Assembly (NCBI GenBank): GCA_963745835.1
Contig: CAVUZH010000011.1
Coordinates: 1 to 13,087 of the forward strand
Reading direction: 5' to 3'
Length of the DNA stretch: 13,087 nucleotides
From: an uncultured delta proteobacterium
Lineage (GTDB): Bacteria; Desulfobacterota; Binatia; UBA9968
Below the pieces are notes generated by a model. That model worked only from the letters and a program-made list of their open reading frames with translations, was not told the DNA's origin and searched no databases. The position numbers and the translations under genes are program-made. The stretch's first letter is position 1, and every line of letters begins with the position of its first letter. Shown here piece after piece: positions 1 through 7,107 of this stretch.

Positions 1-161
1 GAGCGGAGTCAAAACGCCGATCCGGAATTCGCTTGTTCCTTAGTACCCGTACGGAGCTGCTCTTGACCCCTAATGGCAGAATGTACTACATACCTCGCCC
101 GGTAAAGAGACCGGTTTTAGCAACCGCGGGAGGTACTCGCTGTGGCTTACGAAGTCGACCT

Positions 162-710
162 ATGAACAATCGATCTGGGGTAACTAAGCGGCTCATGGGA
201 ACGGTGTTTCTTGGCTCCTGTGTATTGGCGTGGATTGCATATATTGTCACCCCGTTATCCAGCGCAGCAGCAGCTCCGGAGACACATTGGCCGGCACAAA
301 TGGCAGCAGCATCCGGCCCAAATTCCGCCCACCAAGTCTCCTTCCAAACCATCGCCATGGGTTCACGCAGCGGCGTCCGTCAGCCCCTGCAAATCGTCCT
401 GCGCACACAGGACGAATGGGCCGCGCTGTGGCAAAAGCACATTGCCGGCGAGATAAACTCCCAGCCGTTGGCAAGCATCGACTTTAACAAAGATCTCGTC
501 GCGGCGGTGTTCTTAGGGGAAAAAGCTACAGGAGGCTACGATGTCGAGATCGTTCGCATCGAGCGCAGCGGCACTGCGCTCGTCATCGACTATCGAGAAA
601 AAGCCCCACCGACCGGCGGTATCGTTACGCAAGCGCTAACGCAACCTTTTCACATCGTGAAAGTTTTGGCGGCGAGCAATCTAACAGCGTCCTTCAGGAG
701 GGCATCATGA
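162..710 (+). CDS. Exported protein with PrcB C-terminal domain (protease complex subunit PrcB family)
   Basis: The C-terminal half IDFNKDLVAAVFLGEKATGGYDVEI...APPTGGIVTQALTQPFHIVKV matches the PrcB_C pattern (IDF..VxxxFxGxxxTGGYxxxI...PxxxxxxTQAxTxPxxxV). The ORF track starts at TTG 33. ATG 162 is preferred because it places a basic n-region and a hydrophobic segment at the N-terminus; ATG 195 is an alternative. The stop overlaps the next start (ATGA, 707-710). Confidence 0.82.
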   Translation: MNNRSGVTKRLMGTVFLGSCVLAWIAYIVTPLSSAAAAPETHWPAQMAAASGPNSAHQVSFQTIAMGSRSGVRQPLQIVLRTQDEWAALWQKHIAGEINSQPLASIDFNKDLVAAVFLGEKATGGYDVEIVRIERSGTALVIDYREKAPPTGGIVTQALTQPFHIVKVLAASNLTASFRRAS

Positions 711-3634
711 TCAGGCGTCTCAGTTTCACTATATCGCTTCTACTTGCTCTTTTCGCCCTGGATCCGCGATCGGGCTCGCACCACGCCGCCCAACCGCAAT
801 CCCCGCAGCCTGAATTCGTGGCTGACGAAGTCATCGTTAAGTTCCGCGACGGCGCCGATGAATTCGACAAAGACATGGCCCGCTTCCGTGTCTCGGGAAC
901 CCGTAAGAAACTCTTCAAGTACGTGCCCGGGCTCGAAGTCATTAAGCTACGCCGGGGCGTGTCTGTCGAAGAAGCCATCAAGCTTTACCAGCAGGATCCC
1001 AGTGTAAGCTATGCAGAGCCGAACTACATTCTGAAAACCCAATTGGCACCCAATGATCCCAGATTTGTGTCCGGTGAAATGTGGGGACTGAACAATACCG
1101 GACAATCAGGCGGCGCGGCGGACGCCGATATCGATGCGGTGGAAGCCTGGAACCAAACCACCGGCAACGGCAACATCATCGTTGCGGTCATTGACTCCGG
1201 CATTAACTACAACCACCCAGATCTCGCCGCCAACATGTTTCGCAACGAGGCCGACTGCAACAACAATGGCATCGACAATGACGGCAACGGTTACATCGAT
1301 GATTGCTACGGCATCGACACGCACAATGACGATTCGAATCCGATGGACGACAACAACCACGGCACGCACGTCGCAGGAACGATCGGCGCGAGGGGCAACA
1401 ACGACGCCGGCGTGACGGGAGTCAATTGGAATATCAAGATCATGGCTTGCAAGTTCGTCAATTCAAGCGGGTCGGGAACAACCGAATCAGCCATCGATTG
1501 TCTTGAATACGTCAAAACTATGAAGGATCGCGGATTCAACATTATCGCGACGAGCAATAGTTGGGGCGGCGGGGAATTTTCTCAAGCTTTGTCCGATGCC
1601 ATCGATGTCCAGCGACAACGGGGAATCTTGTTTATAACGGCGGCAGGCAACGGTAATTTCTTCGGCGCCGGCATCAATAACGACAGTGCGCCGTTTTATC
1701 CATGCACTCACTACCTATCCAATGTCATTTGCGTGGCCGCCACGACGCGCACCGACGCGCGCTCGGGTTTTTCAAACTACGGCCGCAGGACGGTCCACAT
1801 CGGCGCGCCAGGAAGCGATATTCTCAGCACCACGCGGAATGGGGGTTACGGGTTTTCGAGTGGAACCTCCATGGCGACGCCGCACGTTTCCGGCGTAGCC
1901 GCTCTGCTCAAAGCGCAAGATCCCAACAGGGATTGGCGCGCGATCAAAAACCTGATTTTGGCGGGCGGCGATGACATAAGTTCCATGGCTAGTACAATCA
2001 CCGGAAAGCGACTCAACGCCAACGGAGCGATGACCTGCTCCAACAAGGTAGTTCAAACGCGCCTGCAACCAATCTCGGATACAGTCAATGGGGCGGTCGT
2101 TGGCGAACCAATCAATCTTGCCGCACTCAACATTAACTGTGCCGCCTCCAATGGAGATCTCACAGTGACAGTTAACCCAGGCGGCGAAAGCGTAACTCTC
2201 AAAGATGACGGGCTACTGGTAGATACGAACGCTGGTGATGGGATTTACTCAGGACAGTGGGTTCCAAGCGTTGAAGGGAATTTCACGCTTACTTTTCCTC
2301 TTGGTGATCGGGTCTCGGTGAGTACAGCCAATGTATTAATTAGTATATCTCCTTCGGCGATAGACTTTGCTGGAGTCAGCGTTGGGACTTCAGCACAAAG
2401 AACCATCGTTGTGAAAAACATCGGAAATCAAAGTTTTTCTGGACAGGCGACAACGGAGGCGCCTTTTTCAATAATTTCGGGAGGATCCTACAGTCTCAGC
2501 CCTGGACAATCTCAATCGGTCGTTATTGGTTTCACACCTCCTTCTCTGGGCACCTTCGAAGGCGATGTCACCTTCACTGGCGGCATTGGTGCCTCCGCTA
2601 GTGTTACCGGCATTGGCGCCAAAGTTGACACCATTACGCCCAACCCCGTTGATTTAACCTCAAAGCCGTCAAGCTTCGTCATTCAAGGTAGTGGGTTTGC
2701 AGATTTGGGTTTCGGTCTGTCGGTAGCCAACTTCTATCGCAACGGCACTCTCATCGCTCAGGGCCGGGCTTCGTCGGGTACCAGCACGTCGCTTACTGTA
2801 CCTTTCCCGACAACCAAAGGACTCTTTACCACTCTTCCCGGCCTCAGCGTCGGTAATGTCACGGTCCAGATCTATAACCAATTCGGATCAAGCGGCTGGA
2901 GTCTCGTGGGCAGCGTCGGCCTCTCCATCATTCAAAGCACCCCTCCCACATCCGTAACTTCCATCTCTCCAAATCTCGTTGACTTGGCCACTCCACCGCC
3001 AAGCTTTATGGTAATAGGCTCGGGTTTTACAAACTTTGGTTTCGGTCTGCCGGTAGCCAACTTTTATCGCAACGGCACCCTCATCGCCCAGGCCCGAGCC
3101 TCGGCGGGTACCAGCACTTCTCTAACCGTCCCGTTCCCGACTACTAAAGGTCTTTTCGGCACTTTGCCGGGTCTCAGCGTCGGTACCGCAAGCGTGCAGA
3201 TCTACAACCAAACCGCTTCAAGTACCTGGAGTCTCGTGGGCAGCGTCGGCCTCTCCATCATTCAAAGCACCCCTCCCACATCCGTAACTTCCATCTCTCC
3301 AAATCCCGTTGACTTGGCCACTCCACCGTCAAGCTTTATGGTGACAGGCTCGGGTTTTACAAACTTTGGTTTCGGTCTGCCGGTTGCCAACTTCTATCGC
3401 AACGGCACTCTCATCGCTCAAGCCCGTGCCTCGTCGGGTACCAGCACCTCGCTTACTGTACCTTTCCCGACAACCAAAGGACTCTTTACCACTCTTCCCG
3501 GCCTCAGCGTCGGTAATGTCACGGTCCAGATCTATAACCAATCCGGATCGAATATTTGGAACCTTGCGGGATCCATTCCGCTTGTAATCAACGACACCAG
3601 AACTTTGACCCATGTCGTTACATCACAACAGTGA
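707..3634 (+). CDS. Secreted S8 family (subtilisin-like) serine peptidase with propeptide, Ig-like accessory domains and three C-terminal tandem repeats
   Basis: AGGAGG lies just upstream of the start. Signal peptide MIRRLSFTISLLLALFAL. Propeptide EVIVKFR...YAEPNY. Catalytic D163 (VAVIDSG), H218 (HGTHVAGTIG) and S388 (SGTSMATPHVSG), with oxyanion N315 (AAGN). DNDGNGYIDD acidic Ca-binding-type insert. These are followed by a KDDG..DTNAGDGIYSG module, an IDFAGVSVG..KNIG..FTP Ig-like module and 3x110-aa repeats. Confidence 0.96.
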   Translation: MIRRLSFTISLLLALFALDPRSGSHHAAQPQSPQPEFVADEVIVKFRDGADEFDKDMARFRVSGTRKKLFKYVPGLEVIKLRRGVSVEEAIKLYQQDPSVSYAEPNYILKTQLAPNDPRFVSGEMWGLNNTGQSGGAADADIDAVEAWNQTTGNGNIIVAVIDSGINYNHPDLAANMFRNEADCNNNGIDNDGNGYIDDCYGIDTHNDDSNPMDDNNHGTHVAGTIGARGNNDAGVTGVNWNIKIMACKFVNSSGSGTTESAIDCLEYVKTMKDRGFNIIATSNSWGGGEFSQALSDAIDVQRQRGILFITAAGNGNFFGAGINNDSAPFYPCTHYLSNVICVAATTRTDARSGFSNYGRRTVHIGAPGSDILSTTRNGGYGFSSGTSMATPHVSGVAALLKAQDPNRDWRAIKNLILAGGDDISSMASTITGKRLNANGAMTCSNKVVQTRLQPISDTVNGAVVGEPINLAALNINCAASNGDLTVTVNPGGESVTLKDDGLLVDTNAGDGIYSGQWVPSVEGNFTLTFPLGDRVSVSTANVLISISPSAIDFAGVSVGTSAQRTIVVKNIGNQSFSGQATTEAPFSIISGGSYSLSPGQSQSVVIGFTPPSLGTFEGDVTFTGGIGASASVTGIGAKVDTITPNPVDLTSKPSSFVIQGSGFADLGFGLSVANFYRNGTLIAQGRASSGTSTSLTVPFPTTKGLFTTLPGLSVGNVTVQIYNQFGSSGWSLVGSVGLSIIQSTPPTSVTSISPNLVDLATPPPSFMVIGSGFTNFGFGLPVANFYRNGTLIAQARASAGTSTSLTVPFPTTKGLFGTLPGLSVGTASVQIYNQTASSTWSLVGSVGLSIIQSTPPTSVTSISPNPVDLATPPSSFMVTGSGFTNFGFGLPVANFYRNGTLIAQARASSGTSTSLTVPFPTTKGLFTTLPGLSVGNVTVQIYNQSGSNIWNLAGSIPLVINDTRTLTHVVTSQQ
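2621..3610 (+). repeat. Three intragenic tandem repeats with an exact 330-bp period (2621-2950, 2951-3280, 3281-3610), encoding IPT/TIG-like beta-sandwich domains
   Basis: Direct alignment: units begin KVDTITPNPVDL / SVTSISPNLVDL / SVTSISPNPVDL and share GSGF..FGL.VANFYRNGTLIAQ.RAS.GTSTSLTVPFPTTKGLF.TLPGLSVG...VQIYNQ. Identical DNA blocks: 2896-2975 = 3226-3305 and 2789-2882 = 3449-3542. The IPT/TIG fold call is inference from the ISP..(I/V)xGSGF..SLTVxxP..GxxxVxxxN pattern. Confidence 0.95.
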
Positions 3635-3690
3635 GGCGAAAAAATAAGATAAACTGTCTTTGGCAGTTACACTTTCAAGAATGAGTACAT

Positions 3691-3740
3691 GAAAAAAAAC
3701 AGATAAACATCACCGCATAGCTTGACGCGATTGGCGGTGA
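3691..3740 (-). terminator. Possible intrinsic terminator for the minus-strand operon
   Basis: Inverted arms TCACCGC (3710-3716) and GCGGTGA (3734-3740). On the minus strand they are followed by TGTTTATCTG and a T8 run (3692-3699). The site is about 65 nt past the tylF-like stop, in the convergent gap. The loop is long and the U-tract is not directly adjacent. Confidence 0.4.
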
Positions 3741-3804
3741 AATATCATATCGAATCGTGTTGTGATGATGAAATTTCCAACCGCAAGGACATCGGCCGTA
3801 ATCT

Positions 3805-4569
3805 TTACGCAGGCTTCTGGAAATATGCTCCTTGCCTACCGATTTCGCGTATATCGATTCCTGAAATGTGATTCTCTGAAAAATAATCCGAAACGGCGCG
3901 CCTACACCCAGGCCACAGTCCATAATCGTCCAGAACTACAAAACCGCCGGGCACGATTCGATCGTACAATACGTCCAATACTATCTTTACGGAGTCATAC
4001 CAGTCCGCATCAATATGCAAGATAACAATATCCTGAATAGGTTCGCGGATTAATGTTTCATTAAACCAACCTGGTACGATCTTCAGTTTCTCTCTGGGAT
4101 ATCCAATTCTGGTAAAAATTTCTTGCACTAGTGTGATGTCGCCTCTATTCCATCCTGGAAAATAGTTCCGTTTTTCTAGATCCCCATCTTTTTCTCCTGG
4201 AGGCGGGAGCCCTTCAAAGGAATCAAAAAGCCATATCGTTCGCAGTTCTTCTTGCGAGGCTTCACCGATACTCGCCGCCCCCATAATTGCTGCTGAACCG
4301 CCGTTCCACACGCCACATTCCACGATATCTCCAGCTATCCGGCGTCGATTAACTTGTCCGACCAAACTATAGAGAGTTCGAAGATTTTGATTTTTAACCA
4401 TGGTAAACTTTGGTTTGACCTTCAGTACGAGACGCGCGAATCGCAAATTTTGCTTATTCGGTTCGCGCAACAATAAACGGGCGAGATCGAGCATCGATTT
4501 CACACCGACAAGCGCTCTACCCAGATAAAAATCCGGGCTAACCCACTTCATGATTTTGAGTAGCGCCAT
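3805..4569 (-). CDS. TylF/MycF/NovP-family O-methyltransferase (macrocin O-methyltransferase-like)
   Basis: Family motifs FTMV, GDIVECGVWNGGS, WLFDSFEGLP, GWFNETL, LHIDADWYDS, PGGFVVLDDY and WPGCRRAV. Confidence 0.93.
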   Translation of the reverse strand: MALLKIMKWVSPDFYLGRALVGVKSMLDLARLLLREPNKQNLRFARLVLKVKPKFTMVKNQNLRTLYSLVGQVNRRRIAGDIVECGVWNGGSAAIMGAASIGEASQEELRTIWLFDSFEGLPPPGEKDGDLEKRNYFPGWNRGDITLVQEIFTRIGYPREKLKIVPGWFNETLIREPIQDIVILHIDADWYDSVKIVLDVLYDRIVPGGFVVLDDYGLWPGCRRAVSDYFSENHISGIDIREIGRQGAYFQKPA

Positions 4570-4722
4570 CTTTCGTGCGTTTTCAAAAAAGTACCACGAG
4601 TGGATGTAGCGAAGAATTCTCGCAAATTAGCAACATTTTGACCTTTTGCGAGCGTATAATTGCGCATGGGAAGGAAACCAGCGCTTGCGATGCAATTCTT
4701 TTCCAGATTTCCGCGCCGTCGA

Positions 4723-6237
4723 TTATCTTATTCGTTCATAGATTTGGTAACGCGCATAACTTTGTAACAGACGAAACGCGCCGCCCTTAAGAACGGGCTC
4801 GTAAAGTCTCCACTGTTGACTATGCGGTCCCACGACTAGGTAATCAGGATTTGTCGCTAACGGATCATAACGGATGATAGTGCCGTCATCATACAGAAAG
4901 GTGCGCCGAATTAAGTCGACGTGTACTTGATCAGGAGGATAGTGATAATCACGGTTCAAAAGGAAGAACAGCTCACTATCATACGTCTCGATCAAGGCTC
5001 GCGGCGGAGTTTGTGAATTTAGAAACTCGGCTGTCTGCTGCACTGACGTATCGGCGTCTAGGATATATGTCTTGTATAAAGCCATCGCGGTTCTAGGAAT
5101 CGATGTTGCTAGTAACACTAATACCAACAGCGCACCAATCGGTTCTTTTTTTAAAACCTGACCTTTAAAGAAGGCGCGACTTTGTTGACCAACGTAAGCA
5201 ACATCATAACCGCGCGTAAGGTCGTACATCATTGCCGCCACAAAAATACTGCCTATAAAGGTCGCTGGGAAGATATAGCGCGTCCAACCAACCGAAAGCA
5301 CCACGAACCAAGCCATCCAGCTCAATGCAAAGAACAATAACGCGAGTTTTACTTGATCAGGAGGGGTCTGAATAGGATGGTCTTTTTTGAGACTGTTCCA
5401 AAGTCCATAACAAAGCCCTACGAGAGTAGGAAGGCCAAACAGCACGGTCACGGTTAGAGCAAACATTCGCGACGGAACCGACCACACCACACCTGTCACT
5501 TCGTACAAACCACTGATCGGATCGGCGATATCTGCCTTCGCCTGCAGAAACAATCCCCAGAATATCGGTAACAGACGCGCTCCTAAAAGTGCTCCAACAA
5601 ACGCCAGTGTCCATAAAAAAGCACGTCTCCAGTTGCGCTGAAAAACACTTAATGAGATGGGCGCCAACATTGAGCACGACCAGAACGGCACAACTTGGAG
5701 CTTCGTGCTAAGCGCCATTGCCCAGAACAGTACGGCTAACGACACTGCCCATCCCGGATAGCGTGACACGTATAGAATAGACACATACCCTGCAAGCAGG
5801 AAAAACATCGCGGGTATTTCTCCCAACACTTGTCTACCGACATAAACGGGGAACAAACCAATGTAAGCCGGAAGAAACGTGAGTACCAGGACAGTACCTA
5901 AAGCAATGGGCTGATTGTAGATTCGCCGCGCAAGATGGTAAAGCAGCCCTAAAGAAGCCAAGGAAAACACGACACCCACCATCCGAGCTTGGATAACTCC
6001 AATACCGAACAAGCTAAAACTCAAATAAACGCTAGCGGTAAGAGTTGGCGCTGCTTGTAAGCCTGCAGGTACTAGCTGCCCGGTTAATAACCGTCCGTAA
6101 TGCCCGAGTTCCAGCCAATTGCGCGCAACGGCCAGCGTCCAACCTTCGTCCCACCACAGCGGCGGCACCGCATCTAGCCGAAACAACGACATCGTCGCAA
6201 GCACAATCAACAGAGCAAGTCGTACAAGCAGATACAT
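4723..6237 (-). CDS. Polytopic membrane glycosyltransferase, GT-C fold (ArnT/PMT-like, GT83/GT39-related)
   Basis: An N-terminal TM is followed by PLWWDEG (conserved acidic pair in the first external loop). Further motifs are ARMVGVVFS...LYHLARR, GE in a later loop, ALSTK and WTRYIFP. There are many hydrophobic segments and a soluble C-terminal domain (PDYLVV). Confidence 0.85.
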   Translation of the reverse strand: MYLLVRLALLIVLATMSLFRLDAVPPLWWDEGWTLAVARNWLELGHYGRLLTGQLVPAGLQAAPTLTASVYLSFSLFGIGVIQARMVGVVFSLASLGLLYHLARRIYNQPIALGTVLVLTFLPAYIGLFPVYVGRQVLGEIPAMFFLLAGYVSILYVSRYPGWAVSLAVLFWAMALSTKLQVVPFWSCSMLAPISLSVFQRNWRRAFLWTLAFVGALLGARLLPIFWGLFLQAKADIADPISGLYEVTGVVWSVPSRMFALTVTVLFGLPTLVGLCYGLWNSLKKDHPIQTPPDQVKLALLFFALSWMAWFVVLSVGWTRYIFPATFIGSIFVAAMMYDLTRGYDVAYVGQQSRAFFKGQVLKKEPIGALLVLVLLATSIPRTAMALYKTYILDADTSVQQTAEFLNSQTPPRALIETYDSELFFLLNRDYHYPPDQVHVDLIRRTFLYDDGTIIRYDPLATNPDYLVVGPHSQQWRLYEPVLKGGAFRLLQSYARYQIYERIR

Positions 6238-6305
6238 CGTACGAAAGTGACTGGGACGGCCAAAGTTGGCTCTGCCTATCTACGGTTACTGAAGCGAACC
6301 CATCA

Positions 6306-7097
6306 TCACAATTTGCAGGCGACTATGACGTATGCTCCGCATGTCAACTCGTCCCTACTGTAATCCGCCAAGCTGCTCTCAATCTGGGGAGTCAGTAGAT
6401 GCTCACCTTCTCGCAGGGCGCAATACTGCTTTAAAACATCGAAATGTTTTTTAAACTCATCGACATACTGGCTCAGTCGCCATTCATTTAGCGGCACATG
6501 AAACGACACGCGGCGCTCGCGTAGATGATCCCACGGATCTATGCAAGTGGGAATCGTGCGAAGAGGGACTTCCGACAAACTGACATTGTGGCCTCCGGAC
6601 AGGGATGAAAACAAATGCACTAATACCCAAATAACCCCCCCCGGCCTAAGCACACGATACGATTCCCTGAGTACCGCGGGAACATCAAGGAAGTGCTCGA
6701 AGGCTGCGACCGAAGTCACTAAATCAAATGCTTGATCTTGAAAAGGCAAGTTCGATACATCTCCACAGATCAATGCCTCGTGGGGCATTGAGCAATTCCG
6801 CTGAAGATCTCGGGCATATATCCGGCGAGCAGCCTTGTACGCACAACTTTGCCAGTCGCCATTAGGACGATTCACCATGTCGATTCCATAGACGTGATGC
6901 CCCTGGCCTCGCAGTATTTTGTATTGTGGTTGTAATTGGCCGTTGGCGAGATCTAGGATTCTGACAGGATTTCCCTGTCTCTGAAGCAACGGCAAATCGT
7001 TACGTCGTAGATCCGCTATCCAGCGTTCGTGCTTCATGCGCCAACCGCTCACAAGTTGCCAACCAAATCGAATGTAATCTTTGCCTTTTTGGATCAC
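6306..7097 (-). CDS. Class I SAM-dependent methyltransferase (Methyltransf_11-like) with atypical motif I
   Basis: Motifs VYGIDM and CGDVSNLPFQDQAFDLVTSVAAFEHFLDVPAVLRESYRVLRPGG. The start is uncertain: ATG 7154 overlaps the upstream gene by 47 nt, GTG 7097 lies just after the upstream stop at 7108, and ATG 7037 is also possible. Confidence 0.85.
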   Translation of the reverse strand: MIQKGKDYIRFGWQLVSGWRMKHERWIADLRRNDLPLLQRQGNPVRILDLANGQLQPQYKILRGQGHHVYGIDMVNRPNGDWQSCAYKAARRIYARDLQRNCSMPHEALICGDVSNLPFQDQAFDLVTSVAAFEHFLDVPAVLRESYRVLRPGGVIWVLVHLFSSLSGGHNVSLSEVPLRTIPTCIDPWDHLRERRVSFHVPLNEWRLSQYVDEFKKHFDVLKQYCALREGEHLLTPQIESSLADYSRDELTCGAYVIVACKL

Positions 7098-7107
7098 GTC
7101 TGGACTT

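Noticed and set aside
63-118. Sigma70-like TTGACC (63-68) and a small hairpin CCGGT-AAAGAG-ACCGG-TTTT (99-118); possible riboswitch or attenuator
   Set aside because: There is no convincing -10 at 16-18 nt spacing, the stem is only 5 bp, and I recognise no riboswitch consensus. An Rfam search would be needed.
33-161. TTG start at 33 for the PrcB-like ORF
   Set aside because: It would bury the signal peptide about 45 residues inside the protein; the region looks more like promoter/leader DNA.
2621-3610. Repeats as a diversity-generating retroelement TR/VR pair or a CRISPR array
   Set aside because: Differences are not adenine-specific and are largely synonymous. The units are contiguous, in-frame 330-bp domains with no spacers, and there is no reverse transcriptase or cas gene in the window.
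2669-3613. Similar antisense ORFs 2669..2881 and 3329..3613
   Set aside because: Their mutual similarity simply mirrors the sense-strand repeat.
3675-4025. Short ORFs 3675..3923 (-) and 3762..4025 (+)
   Set aside because: They overlap the well-supported tylF-like gene and have no recognisable motifs.
4638-4660. TTGACC...TATAAT as a canonical sigma70 promoter
   Set aside because: The spacer is only 11 nt, incompatible with the usual 16-18 nt.
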